Positions 9,925-20,592 are shown, counted from the stretch's first letter. The stretch: DNA of 64,000 nucleotides from Limisphaerales bacterium (GCA_044225505.1 JBGAIN010000025.1:1-64000), one strand, 5' to 3'. Made by a program: numbers and translations. Notes: generated by a model not told the origin, from the letters alone.

Positions 9925-11165
9925 TTGATAACCTCCGGTACGGAAACCGTCTGATTAATCGCCGTTAGTAACTTGTTCGCCGCGATTGTGCGAGAGAATG
10001 CGCGGTTACGATCTGAAACCGCACTTAGTTTCTTCTGCGCGACACGCAGCAGACAATTACGAGCTGTTTCGAGATCCCACACCAATCCGTCGCACCCACA
10101 TTGCTCGAGGACGTGACGGAGTTCGCTTTTCCTGCCGGTGATCGCAATAATCGGACGCTGTGCGGCGATAAGCTCAAAGACCTTGCCAGTAATCATATGA
10201 TTAGCGCCATCATCTACTCCATTCAGTACAAGATTAACATCCGCCTCAGATTGAAGGAATTGGCTTTCTCGAAGGGAAACGGGGCTGTGACATTTGACAA
10301 GATGACTGACTCCATACCGAGCGGCTTCCGTCAGGACAAGTTCGGGGTCATTGCACCAAAATTCAAAAGACAGTTGCTCGGCACGAATACCTAAAGAGTG
10401 CGCAGCATCAAACAAGAGTACTGGAGTTCGGAGGCCGTGAATAAGGGTCCCAAGATACAGAATTCGAATCGCACCCGATGAAGAATACCCTCGATCTCGA
10501 TTGGGGAATTGATATATGGATTCCGGGTAACCATTATAGATAGTCACCGCGGGCGAATTGAAGTCGCGTTTCATCATCTCCGTCATGACATTGCTGACGG
10601 TCGTGACGAGGTTTGCTCGGCGATGGCAAGCAGCCTCCATCCTAGCTTCGATTCTCGTAAGAAAGCTGGGACTGCGTCTACGCATTGCTGGCGACGGATC
10701 ATTTGTCCACGGATCTCGAAGATCCATGACCCAGAATACTCTCTTGATGCTCCTCCGAATCCACCGAAGCATTTCGGTGTGAACGGAAAAACGCGGGCCC
10801 GATGTAACAACGATGTTTCTACACTCAGGACGCCAGACTTGGTCGATCTGTTCGACCGCAGCTCTGGCCCATCGCTTCTGGCGATCTGGCCAAAACAAGA
10901 AACTTTGTCCAACATGCCGCAATTGCCGTAGCAGCGGATTGTTCGGCGGGCGAGCGGCAAAACCATTGCGAACTGTTATCGTGCGCGACGGATCGGGCAC
11001 ATTCACGACTTCGACATTGATTTGTGGTTTCTCATCGGCATCGGCGCAGATAGCGACAATTGACCCATGATCGTGTAGAAGAGGTGACATTTCACGCCAT
11101 CGTTTGCCGCCGATACTTTTTTCTGAGCAGAAGAAATAGGCAACAATAATAAAATGGGAGTTCAA
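9921..11165 (-). CDS. Glycosyltransferase family 4-like
   Basis: TSGP, WVMDLRDPW, IYNGY, YLGTL, GKVFELIAAQRPI. Confidence 0.85.
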   Translation of the reverse strand: MNSHFIIVAYFFCSEKSIGGKRWREMSPLLHDHGSIVAICADADEKPQINVEVVNVPDPSRTITVRNGFAARPPNNPLLRQLRHVGQSFLFWPDRQKRWARAAVEQIDQVWRPECRNIVVTSGPRFSVHTEMLRWIRRSIKRVFWVMDLRDPWTNDPSPAMRRRSPSFLTRIEARMEAACHRRANLVTTVSNVMTEMMKRDFNSPAVTIYNGYPESIYQFPNRDRGYSSSGAIRILYLGTLIHGLRTPVLLFDAAHSLGIRAEQLSFEFWCNDPELVLTEAARYGVSHLVKCHSPVSLRESQFLQSEADVNLVLNGVDDGANHMITGKVFELIAAQRPIIAITGRKSELRHVLEQCGCDGLVWDLETARNCLLRVAQKKLSAVSDRNRAFSRTIAANKLLTAINQTVSVPEVIK

Positions 11166-11195
11166 GCGCGACGAAGCTGTGGGCTAATTCGTTAG

Positions 11196-12281
11196 TTACG
11201 CGCCGAGCGCACTCGCGATTCGGCCTGCGGCGTGGCCATCGCCATAGGGAGTCTCAGAGCTTGTAGATTGCGGGAAACCACTGCGAAAAACTGACTGAGC
11301 TTCCATGGCTAAACCGGCGGCGTCTTTAGCAGTCAGCAGACGGTTACACCCCAGGTCCACAAGTTCGACCCACTCTGTCTCGGAGCGTAAGGTTAGGCAG
11401 GGCACGCTGTGGAAGTAAGCCTCCTTTTGTAGTCCTCCAGAATCTGTACAGATCAGCCCTGATTGCTGCACAAGATCGACCATATCTAGATATCCGACCG
11501 GATCACAGACCAGGATGCCGTCTGTCGGGATGGCAAAGTGTTTCAGAGTCGCGCGAGTTCGCGGATGGATCGGAATCACGACGGGCATAGATTTGGCTAG
11601 TTCCGCAAGGCCCTGAAAGAGCATTAATAGCCTCGCCGGTTCGTCTGTGTTTTCGGCTCGGTGGATTGTCGCCAGGGCATAACTCTTTGGCTTTAATCCG
11701 AGACGCTCTCTCGCGGTTGACAGATTCGAAGCTTTTTCAGCGAAAAGACGAGAGCTGTCATACATGACGTCGCCAACGTTTAACACATGTTCAGAGGAGA
11801 TACCCTCGCGAGTCAGGTTGGCAACTGCCTTGGCTGTGGGGGCAAATAAGAGATTGGAAATATGATCCGTGAGAACACGGTTAATCTCCTCGGGCATTTT
11901 CCGGTTGAATGATCGGAGCCCAGCTTCAACGTGAGCTACCGGAATGTGGAGTTTGCTTGCTGCGAGGGCTCCGGCTAACGTCGAGTTAGTGTCGCCATAA
12001 ACCATAACCCAATCTGGGCTCTCGGACTCGAGCACATCTTCCACCGCTTCGAGCATGCGACCGGTCTGAGCCCCATGGCTGCAGGAGCCGATTCCTAGAT
12101 TGTAGGAGGGTTTGGCGATCTGCAACTCATCAAAAAACACCTGAGACATAATTTCATCATAGTGTTGTCCCGTATGAACCAGGATTTCTCGAAATTGGCC
12201 GGAGCTTTCGAGAGCCTTTGAAACAGGCGCGGCTTTAATGAACTGAGGCCGGGCACCGACAATGGTACAAATCTTTTTCAT
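11196..12281 (-). CDS. wecB: Non-hydrolysing UDP-GlcNAc 2-epimerase (WecB/WbpI-like)
   Basis: GARPQFIK, HTGQHYD, GDTNSTLA, HVEAGLRS, MPEEINR, DSGGLQKEA. Confidence 0.95.
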   Translation of the reverse strand: MKKICTIVGARPQFIKAAPVSKALESSGQFREILVHTGQHYDEIMSQVFFDELQIAKPSYNLGIGSCSHGAQTGRMLEAVEDVLESESPDWVMVYGDTNSTLAGALAASKLHIPVAHVEAGLRSFNRKMPEEINRVLTDHISNLLFAPTAKAVANLTREGISSEHVLNVGDVMYDSSRLFAEKASNLSTARERLGLKPKSYALATIHRAENTDEPARLLMLFQGLAELAKSMPVVIPIHPRTRATLKHFAIPTDGILVCDPVGYLDMVDLVQQSGLICTDSGGLQKEAYFHSVPCLTLRSETEWVELVDLGCNRLLTAKDAAGLAMEAQSVFRSGFPQSTSSETPYGDGHAAGRIASALGA

Positions 12282-13660
12282 AGGTCAAGGCTAGGAGCTG
12301 CGTATTTGTCTTGGGACGAACTCGCACCTGGAGCGTTCGCCGACTCTCTTGCCGTCGCCGATCTAATTCCACTGCGGCACATGAAGAACAGTATTACGTA
12401 TCCAAACAGCATTGCTCCGGAGTAGATGCAGACCGCTCTGAATGGACTCCACGCCAAATAGCAGCTTAAACTCAAGACGCCGACATTAAGGCCGAATCGT
12501 CCAATATCCCATAAGAGTTGAGCATCTTGACGTTCTAGTAAGTTGAGGGTTTGAGAGATCGGACCCACGACGAGCTGTCCGAGGTATCCAACGCACAGGA
12601 CTTGCACGTATCGTCCAGTTTCTCGCCACTGGGCGCCAAAAATAACCTCAAAGAGCCAAGGCCCAGCGGCAACCAGCACGACCGTTGGGACTATGCCGAG
12701 CAATAGCAGGTTTTGACTTGTCGCTCGAAACAAATCGTTAAAGCGCGTCGGATCGGTTCGCGCAATGAGCGCACCCTTGGAGAAGAACACCTGAGCGACG
12801 GCTTGTCCTACGAGCAACATCGGAATCGTTACTGTTCTTTGTCCCAAGGCCAACCATCCTGCAACAGTTGGTCCGTAAAACGAGGCGAACATTAAGAGAG
12901 GAATGGTCATTCCTGCGCTGTTGATCACACCCGAAAACGCGGACATCGCGGGGAAACGGTGGTAGCGTTTCGCTAGTGCGATTGCTCGCGTTGGGAGGTG
13001 CGACGGGATCCATAAGGCGCGGCGAGCCAAACCTGTGCCGAGTAACCGAACGAATGCAATACCGAAACCGACAATGTAGCCCACAATCAACCCGAGAGGA
13101 CCTCCTTTAAAGTAACCGCCGAGCATTTGGACAGCGACCCGACCACCACTTTGTAATACCCGCGTGCTAGAAAGGGAAGCAAAGTGCTTTTCGCGTAGTG
13201 CCCAATAGGTCAAGGCTTGATTCGCACCTGCCATGAATAATCCGAGCGGGAGAAAGAGCAAATAGGACGAAAGCGCAGGATTTCCCAACCAATGGACAAG
13301 GTGGTCACCGAAAGCCACAAGGGCAACTGCTACGACAACGCTCGATGCGAAAACCAGGGCGAAGGATAGCAAAAGAAGTACTATAGCGTCCTCGGTGTCT
13401 GATGCCAAAGGAATCGCTAGTTCGTAGCGAAACGCCGAGAAAACCACGAAGAAATCCATCAAGGAACAAAAAACCAACAGGACCCCAAAGTCATCTGGAT
13501 CGTAGAGCCGGGCAATGAGAACTGAGGTTACTGCAACTATTCCTTGGGCGACAAGCGTACCGGCAGCAAGAATTCTTACCTCCCGGCCAAGCCACTCCCT
13601 TCCTAAAACCCTTCGGAATACCGACAGAAATATATTCCGAAGAATCTCAGGAAGTCGCAT
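12278..13660 (-). CDS. Oligosaccharide flippase (Wzx/MOP family)
   Basis: Multi-TM protein with GTLVAQ, RLYDPDDFG, RYELAIPL, IFGAQW. Confidence 0.88.
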   Translation of the reverse strand: MRLPEILRNIFLSVFRRVLGREWLGREVRILAAGTLVAQGIVAVTSVLIARLYDPDDFGVLLVFCSLMDFFVVFSAFRYELAIPLASDTEDAIVLLLLSFALVFASSVVVAVALVAFGDHLVHWLGNPALSSYLLFLPLGLFMAGANQALTYWALREKHFASLSSTRVLQSGGRVAVQMLGGYFKGGPLGLIVGYIVGFGIAFVRLLGTGLARRALWIPSHLPTRAIALAKRYHRFPAMSAFSGVINSAGMTIPLLMFASFYGPTVAGWLALGQRTVTIPMLLVGQAVAQVFFSKGALIARTDPTRFNDLFRATSQNLLLLGIVPTVVLVAAGPWLFEVIFGAQWRETGRYVQVLCVGYLGQLVVGPISQTLNLLERQDAQLLWDIGRFGLNVGVLSLSCYLAWSPFRAVCIYSGAMLFGYVILFFMCRSGIRSATARESANAPGASSSQDKYAAPSLDL

Positions 13661-13777
13661 GAAAGGAAATTGAGGCGAATCGTCTAACCGGAAACCTTGA
13701 TACGGAAAACAGACTGTTGCTTCGCGCGAGCTCTTAGAGCTGCTTTGGGGAGAATGGAATGTCTTCCTCGAACAACG

Positions 13778-14437
13778 CTACGGCTTGGTGTCCGGCCGGT
13801 TCTTGAAGAAGCCAAAAGAGCGCGTGCCCTTGGCCAGTTCACTCGGAAGGCTGGCCTCCTCGGGAAGATCAATACATTCGACTTTGCCGCACTTAATCTG
13901 ATACCGCAATCCAGATTCCGGGCATGTCATGGAACCGGCTGAATCAGGATTCATCGGATGCCCGTGACGGCTCATCCACCCCTTCAAGCGGGCTGGAACT
14001 CCGATCACCCAGCCATAATCCGGAACGTTTTTGGTTACGACAGCTCCCGCCGAAACGAAGGCGTATCGTCCAATACTTACGCCGCACAGGATTGTTGCGT
14101 TTGCGCCAATGGTCGCACCGCGTCGAAGGACTGACCGTTCGTATAAAGCGTGTCGATTAATTTGGGACCGCGGATTACTAACGTTTGTAAGCACGCATGA
14201 CGGGCCTAGAAAAACATCATCTTCAACCGTCACACCAGTATAGACCGCGACGTTGTTCTGAATCTTGACGCGATGACCAACGCAAACATCGTTGGCAATC
14301 ATCACGTTTTGTCCGAGGATGCAATCCGACCCGATAGACGCCCCAGCGCAGATGTGGACGAAATGCCAGATTTTCGTGCCTGGTCCAATGGTGCAAGGTT
14401 GATCAATGACAGCAGTAGGGTGGGCAAAATAGGTCAT
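13778..14437 (-). CDS. Hexapeptide-repeat N-acetyltransferase (WbpD/WlbB-like)
   Basis: HPTAVID, IWHF, KIQNNV, VFLGPS.VLTN..NPRS, C-terminal CPESG. The ATG at 14437 overlaps the upstream stop codon. Confidence 0.9.
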   Translation of the reverse strand: MTYFAHPTAVIDQPCTIGPGTKIWHFVHICAGASIGSDCILGQNVMIANDVCVGHRVKIQNNVAVYTGVTVEDDVFLGPSCVLTNVSNPRSQINRHALYERSVLRRGATIGANATILCGVSIGRYAFVSAGAVVTKNVPDYGWVIGVPARLKGWMSRHGHPMNPDSAGSMTCPESGLRYQIKCGKVECIDLPEEASLPSELAKGTRSFGFFKNRPDTKP

Positions 14438-15438
14438 GATTGCAGAGTGTGTTCGAGCACGATCGGTCGGCCGTTTAGTTCTAGGGATACTTGACAGGCC
14501 TCGAGAACCCGGAGCACCCGAATCCCGTTGTTTGCGTCCGTCAAGGGAGGTTTCCGTTCTTGCAAGCAGCTTAGAAAATGCAGGCATTCTTGCCTTAACG
14601 GTTCATCCGCTGCAAAGTCAACTGGCTGAGCTTCCCCTTTTTGCAGAATTGGCTGTCGGTTGGCGATTTCCACTTTTTGGTGATAGACCACTAGTTTGTG
14701 GCCCTTCGCCGTATCGTCAAAAGTCGCCATCGCTCGATCTCCAACAACGACTAATTGTTGGGATTTGAATGGATGCAACCAGCTTACAAAGATGTGCGCT
14801 CGAACGCCTGTTCGAAAGTGGAGACACGAAACGGTGACGTCGGCCAAATTCGGAGTTACATAGCTTCCACCACAGCAGGTCACTTCAATAGGCAACTCGC
14901 CGAGGAGGCTCAAGATAACGGCGACGTCATGGGGTGCAAAACTCCAAAGGGCATTCTCCTCAACTCGAATCTTTCCGAAGTTCAATCGATTCGAATAAAC
15001 ATAGTTGATCTTGCCCAAGACCCCTTCGGTGAGCAGCTTCCTCAACGTGCTGATTGCAGGATGATACTCCAGTAGGTGACCGACCATTAGAATGCGACGA
15101 TGCTGAACTGCAGTCTCGCGCATGCGAAGTCCTTGAGCGACGGTTAAGGCCATGGGCTTTTCCACGAACACATCTTTCCCAGATGCAAGCGCGTTCAATG
15201 CGAGTCCTTCGTGCGTCTCGGCTGGTGTTGCAATCACGACCGCATCAATATCGTTACTCTTGACTGCCGTTTGAAAGTCCGTCGCCAATTCCGCATTCGG
15301 CGCAATTTGCTTCGCACGGGCGAGAGCTTGTGGACTAGGGTCGCAAACCATTCTGAGAACGCCCAATTGATGGAAATTGCGTACGAGGTTTTGTCCCCAG
15401 TAACCGCAGCCAAGAACAGCAAGCCTTTTTTCTGACAT
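14434..15438 (-). CDS. Gfo/Idh/MocA oxidoreductase (WbpB/WlbA-like UDP-GlcNAcA 3-dehydrogenase)
   Basis: GCGYWG, VEKP, VGH, APHD. Translationally coupled to the acetyltransferase. Confidence 0.88.
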   Translation of the reverse strand: MSEKRLAVLGCGYWGQNLVRNFHQLGVLRMVCDPSPQALARAKQIAPNAELATDFQTAVKSNDIDAVVIATPAETHEGLALNALASGKDVFVEKPMALTVAQGLRMRETAVQHRRILMVGHLLEYHPAISTLRKLLTEGVLGKINYVYSNRLNFGKIRVEENALWSFAPHDVAVILSLLGELPIEVTCCGGSYVTPNLADVTVSCLHFRTGVRAHIFVSWLHPFKSQQLVVVGDRAMATFDDTAKGHKLVVYHQKVEIANRQPILQKGEAQPVDFAADEPLRQECLHFLSCLQERKPPLTDANNGIRVLRVLEACQVSLELNGRPIVLEHTLQS

Positions 15439-15480
15439 AAATCCGACAAGCACTAGTAGGTTTCAGGGCGATCGCTGGGA

Positions 15481-16253
15481 TCATGGTCCAAAGGATAGCC
15501 ATTTTTCTGCGAAGGCCGTTAAAGTCACTACCGAGCGGCGGTAATCCGAATCCGCGGCGGTCGAGAGGCGGACAAACTGTTTCGCTCCGCGTACTTTCAA
15601 TCGTTTTTGGAGCGATTGAACGAAGTAATCGGCGCTCAGTCGGCGACCGGCAGCATACTGCCTCTCCTGAGGGATATCTGCCTTCCGGCTAGCAGTTAAC
15701 TTGCTTGACCGAAACCGCGATGATTCCGGGAGCACTTGACCGCCCACAATGGTACACCAAATCACCAACTCGCGAGAACTGCCATCTGGAGAGCGAAACG
15801 CACGACATTCAAACCGCAACGAGGCCGTGGTATTAAGTGGATCTGATTTTGATCCGCATGGGATCGCGATAACAAGTTGGTCTGGCTGGCCCAAGTCAAT
15901 CGGCAGCCAGCCCGCTCCCACCCAACAGATATCCGGTGTGTGTTGGATTACATTCAATCCAAGCGTTCGCGTGGCAGGCCACGTTGCGGCGAAGACGCGA
16001 ACCTGAGGAGATTGATCGATCGCCGAAACGGCGGCAGAATCAAAGACCCCATTCACATACTCGGGTGTGGCGAGTAATTGCAAGGCTGTTTCAGTGAGTT
16101 GCTCGCTTTTGAATCGATACGCTGGAATATTGGACGTCGTAAGCACGTGGCCCGGCATCGCCGACGGAGGGGGTGCTACGTTGAACCATGCCCAAGCACA
16201 AAGATAATGCGGCGCCAAACGTTCCCGCGATGGTGTGAAGCGATTGAATTCAA
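15481..16253 (-). CDS. Exosortase-associated EpsI-like protein; start uncertain, possibly frameshifted
   Basis: HTPDICWVGAGW motif and a C-terminal QFVRLS, directly downstream of the exosortase. Confidence 0.7.
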
Positions 16254-16282
16254 GGCAGGTGGCTTGTAATAAAAACGCTGAT

Positions 16283-17170
16283 TTAAGCCTTATTGGAAGC
16301 GCACCTCGGCAAGTGGGCCTCGAGTCGAATAGCCACCATCGCGCATCCTGCCAACAGCAACGCGGTGAGTGCAAGCACACTCCATCCGGCTGAGTCATGA
16401 GCGTTATGAGGCTTCGATGCCCTCCCAGACGCAACTAACGCCAAATAGAGCGAACGACCAAGATTGCCGATTATCGCCGAAGCCACCGCGACGATGATCA
16501 ATGCGACGCGAAGGGCCCGCGTTCGTAGAAGCAGATGCCCGAGGAAAGCGCCCGCCATTACACTCGATTGAAGGCTACGCACGCCGCTGCAGGCCTCGTC
16601 AATTCCAACTAGGCAGTTAGGCAGCTGAATAACGTTTGCGTGGCGGATCGCCGGTATTCCTAACAGAGATAGCGCCTCAACATTAAGCAGCGAGATCAGC
16701 GATTGAAGGCCGAGAACGATAGGATTCCAAATCACTTTTGGAATGGGCACGGCCACGAAGCAGAAGAATAACGGAAACGAGAAGTGCCACCATGTCTTGG
16801 GTCCAGCACCGACAAGCAACATCGCAGTGATAAACAGGGCACTTCCGATGCTAAGTGACATGCTTGAGATTGCCGTCGGGCCGATGGCTTGTTTGTAGAG
16901 TTCCGCAGTAAGAACAAGAGGAAAACCGATAAGCAACAAAATCGCGGCCTTCCAGGGAGCAACGGGCGTGTCCTGCCGAGGGCGGGCTCCCCAGCCTTCC
17001 CAAAGCAAGTAAGCAACCAGGATCAAAACGATCCATCCGAACTGGTACTCAGGCAAGGAGCTCCAGTGTACCTGCAAATCATAGAACCACCAAGTCAAGA
17101 TCAGGCCACAGCCGACATACGGTCCAGCTCCAATGTGGCTCGTAAACTCAGCGTTGGCCGGCCTTGTCAT
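16283..17170 (-). CDS. Exosortase/archaeosortase family transpeptidase
   Basis: About 8 TM segments. Putative Cys-Arg-His triad in EACSGVRSL, NLGRS and HDSAGW. Confidence 0.9.
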   Translation of the reverse strand: MTRPANAEFTSHIGAGPYVGCGLILTWWFYDLQVHWSSLPEYQFGWIVLILVAYLLWEGWGARPRQDTPVAPWKAAILLLIGFPLVLTAELYKQAIGPTAISSMSLSIGSALFITAMLLVGAGPKTWWHFSFPLFFCFVAVPIPKVIWNPIVLGLQSLISLLNVEALSLLGIPAIRHANVIQLPNCLVGIDEACSGVRSLQSSVMAGAFLGHLLLRTRALRVALIIVAVASAIIGNLGRSLYLALVASGRASKPHNAHDSAGWSVLALTALLLAGCAMVAIRLEAHLPRCASNKA

Positions 17171-17200
17171 CGGACGTGCGGTAGGCAAAAGGGTCAACAA

Positions 17201-18505
17201 TTATCGCTGCGATGCAGGATCAAGCGATAGATCACCTGCAGAAAGCTTGGCTGCGCGCAAGATGATGCAGAGATACACAGTATACATAATTAGGTCATTG
17301 AAGAGAACGGCTGATAGGATTGCCGGTGCTCCAGATTTTCCGGCGATGAAAAGTGCAACCGTAGTAGTCATTCCGTAGCCAACCTTCCAGAACGCGCCCC
17401 AGCGTATTTTACCGACGGCAGGGAGAGTCCAACTCAATGGAGAAATCACAAGCCGCAGCCCATAAGGCAGTGCGAGCCAGCGCACCATTTCTCCCGAGTT
17501 CTTCCACGATGAACCGAACAAGGTGCCAAAAGCCCAAGGGCCAGCCAGCCACAAAATTACCATCACTGGGGCACTGACTGACGCAAGGATGGTCAAGTAC
17601 TTGACGACGAGCGGCCTCACTCCCATTCCTTGTCTGCGTGCGATAGTTGCGCGTTGGAAGAAGACCTGACCCACGGATTCCGACATGATGTTGACTGGAG
17701 TTCCCAACACTAACATCACAAGATTCAGAGATCCCGCGGCTGGAGCCCCCGCAAACCAATTCATAAACAAGAGCGGTGCTGCAAGCGCATAGTTGTCGAT
17801 CAGTGAGCTGGATGCGTGAAACAATGGGAAATCGCGGTAGTCACGGGCATGAGTCCACAAAGACTTTTTGTCTCGATAGCAGAGCTGAGCACCCTTGCGA
17901 AAAACCGCTCGTCCAATCCAAACCAATGCACTGGCTTGCCCGATGACCCCAGCCAAGATCAACCCCCCTGCATTGCGGATGTAGTGCGCAAAGGCTAAGG
18001 CGGCGACCACAGTAAAAACGGATCGAAAAAATCGGCTGGACGCCAGCGCTTGGAAGTTTCCGTCGCGATTACACCAGAGAGAAAGAGACTGATATGCTCC
18101 CCATAGGAACAGGCTTACGGGCAGAAAAGCCAGCCAATCCGCAACATTGTGCGCACGGAAAAGGTCCGCAATCCACACCGGTGAAAGGAACGTCGGAATC
18201 GCAAGCAAAATACAAAATGCTGCCGCAACGACTATGCATAACGAGAGAATTTCTGACGCTTGCCTTTCACTTTTTGCGACTGGGATCGCTAGCTCGTATT
18301 TACCCGTTGTGAGGACACTCGCTGTGTTAACGACGGCGGTGTAGACACCCGCTATTCCGTAAGCTTCTTGAGAATACAGGCGAGTTAGCAACGGAGTCGC
18401 AGCAAAGGTAACCAATTGAGCGGCGACTGTACCGCTCATTAGCGTTAGAACGCTTCGAGTCGGAGCAGCGCAAACCATGCGTCGTGCTGTGCTGATAGCG
18501 GTCAC
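17201..18505 (-). CDS. Second oligosaccharide flippase (Wzx/MOP family)
   Basis: SGTVAAQ, PLLTRLYS, KYELAIP, LFGSSW. The GTG at 18505 overlaps the asnB stop codon. Confidence 0.88.
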   Translation of the reverse strand: MTAISTARRMVCAAPTRSVLTLMSGTVAAQLVTFAATPLLTRLYSQEAYGIAGVYTAVVNTASVLTTGKYELAIPVAKSERQASEILSLCIVVAAAFCILLAIPTFLSPVWIADLFRAHNVADWLAFLPVSLFLWGAYQSLSLWCNRDGNFQALASSRFFRSVFTVVAALAFAHYIRNAGGLILAGVIGQASALVWIGRAVFRKGAQLCYRDKKSLWTHARDYRDFPLFHASSSLIDNYALAAPLLFMNWFAGAPAAGSLNLVMLVLGTPVNIMSESVGQVFFQRATIARRQGMGVRPLVVKYLTILASVSAPVMVILWLAGPWAFGTLFGSSWKNSGEMVRWLALPYGLRLVISPLSWTLPAVGKIRWGAFWKVGYGMTTTVALFIAGKSGAPAILSAVLFNDLIMYTVYLCIILRAAKLSAGDLSLDPASQR

Positions 18506-20433
18506 GGATTGTAGGCGACTTGCGAATGGTGACTCCACTCGATGGCATTGACCCACCTCCAGAGCGAATTTCGGATTCTTGTGGGCTGGGAATGGTAATT
18601 GCGAAAGACCTCCAGCATTTGACGGCTATTGATAGCGGGAATCGACCTGGCGGTTTCCGAAGATAAGACGGATTCAACCCAGGGCGCTAGTTCACGAATC
18701 CAGACGTTCTCGGCGGTTGCGAACCCGATTTTGTCGCGTCGATCTAAAATGGCGTCAGGCACTAGTCCGCGCATTGCCGTTCTAAAAACATGTTTCGTGG
18801 TGCCATCCGGTCCGATGATAAACTCCTCGGGTAGTTGGTAGACAAAATTAACAATCGCCGGCGTAAGAAAAGGAACGCGACTCTCGATCGAGAATGCCAT
18901 GGAGTTGCGATCTTCGTAGCGCAGGAGGCTTGGAAGCGAGCCTGCCGTCAGGCTGCGCTGCAGAGCCCATTTTAGCATTTGGGGATCGGAGTCAGTTATA
19001 GGCTCCGTGCGAGGTGGTTGACCATTTTGGAACCAAGCATCGTTTAGACAGCGACGGCGACCGTCTCTGCGGATGAATCGCGCCGCGGCCGAATTGGCAC
19101 TTGATGGGAACAGAGCCGTGGCCACGTGCGAAACAAGGTAAGACCAAGCCAGTCCAGGGAGTCGACTTGAGCTGGCTAGCATTCTCCACGCTTGCTTCAG
19201 TTTCCGATCGACGATAAGAGAAGCGATTCGGGAACCTATAAAAGGAGGATATCCAGCCAAAATCTCATCGGCGCCCTGTCCATCGAGCATCACTGTAATG
19301 CCAGCCTCTTTCGCGGCTCGAAAGACGGCATACTGAGCGTAGATGCTCGTGCTGACGAATGGCTCGTCCTGCACTGAAATTAAGTGCGCGATGTCGGATT
19401 GGAGATTCCGCGGAGACAACCGGATTTTGTGAGGTGTTGTTCTCGCCTGCTGGTTTACGAGGTCAGCCCAGGGCTCTTCTCCGACCGTCACCTCCGTATC
19501 AACGTAGGTGAAGGTGTGAAGATCCAGCTTAGGACCTCCCAGGTAACGGATCGCATGCACGATCGAGGAAGAGTCAATTCCTCCAGACAGGCAGGCACCA
19601 AGGGGAACATCGCTTCGCAGGTGTAGTGAAACGCTTTCGACAAACAATTCGCGCAAACGGTTTGCGGCTTCGGAAAAGCTCAGATCTAGTGTCTGATTGA
19701 TACTCGGGTTCCAATAGGCTTGTGGTTGAGGCCAAGATTCTGCCGAAAGTTTGACCTCGAGGAAATGTCCGGCCGGAATCTGCCGAATGGATTCAAAAAA
19801 GGTCTCGCTTCCGCCGTCGCACTGGCCTTGAGTCATGTAAGCATGAAATCGAGGCGCATTGACTCTTCGAGTAATCCCGGGCAGTACGAAAAGCGCCTTG
19901 ATCTCGGAGGCGAATGCCAAACCGCGACTCCAGACTGCATAGTAGAGCGGTTTGATGCCGAAGAAGTCCCGGGCAAGAAAAAGAGTTTCGCGTGCCTTAT
20001 CCAAAACGACGAAAGAGAACATTCCGACTAACCGAGTCAGGCAATTAGCACCCCATCGAGCGAAACAGTTTAGCAAAACCTCCGTGTCAGAATTTGAACG
20101 AAACACGACGCCCAACGCCAAAAGCTCTTTCTTGAGCTCCAGGTAATTATAAATCTCACCGTTGAAGATCAGGCTGAACCGACCATCAGTGGTTGCCATA
20201 GGTTGCCAACCTCCGGATGAGAGGTCGATAATTGACAAGCGACGGTGGAGCAGTGCAAGGCGAGGAGCGATGTCTTTTCTGATCTCCTTCTGACAGAATA
20301 TTGCGGAGTCAGTTTGAAAGAGCCAGCCTTGGTCATCGGGGCCACGGTGCTTCAATACCTGGTCCAAAGAGCGACAGAGCCCTTCAACGTCTCGGGCGTC
20401 TTGGACTTGTGTGAAACCGGCGATACCGCACAT
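18502..20433 (-). CDS. asnB: Asparagine synthase (glutamine-hydrolysing) family amidotransferase, probably amidating the glycan
   Basis: MCGI, HRGPD, RLSIID, NGEIYN, LSGGIDSS, GQGADE, ESRVPFL. Confidence 0.93.
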   Translation of the reverse strand: MCGIAGFTQVQDARDVEGLCRSLDQVLKHRGPDDQGWLFQTDSAIFCQKEIRKDIAPRLALLHRRLSIIDLSSGGWQPMATTDGRFSLIFNGEIYNYLELKKELLALGVVFRSNSDTEVLLNCFARWGANCLTRLVGMFSFVVLDKARETLFLARDFFGIKPLYYAVWSRGLAFASEIKALFVLPGITRRVNAPRFHAYMTQGQCDGGSETFFESIRQIPAGHFLEVKLSAESWPQPQAYWNPSINQTLDLSFSEAANRLRELFVESVSLHLRSDVPLGACLSGGIDSSSIVHAIRYLGGPKLDLHTFTYVDTEVTVGEEPWADLVNQQARTTPHKIRLSPRNLQSDIAHLISVQDEPFVSTSIYAQYAVFRAAKEAGITVMLDGQGADEILAGYPPFIGSRIASLIVDRKLKQAWRMLASSSRLPGLAWSYLVSHVATALFPSSANSAAARFIRRDGRRRCLNDAWFQNGQPPRTEPITDSDPQMLKWALQRSLTAGSLPSLLRYEDRNSMAFSIESRVPFLTPAIVNFVYQLPEEFIIGPDGTTKHVFRTAMRGLVPDAILDRRDKIGFATAENVWIRELAPWVESVLSSETARSIPAINSRQMLEVFRNYHSQPTRIRNSLWRWVNAIEWSHHSQVAYNP

Positions 20434-20592
20434 ACGGCTATTCTTTGCGGAAGGTCAAGGAAGCGGACCGGCGTGTGAATAAACAGTTAGGAAGTGAAGA
20501 AAATTAAAGAGAAGAGGCAAGCGGGACCACTTCACCCGTACCCTCGGCCAAGGGCGGCCGTAGCCGTCGGATCGCGCAACGCCGACTGGTGA

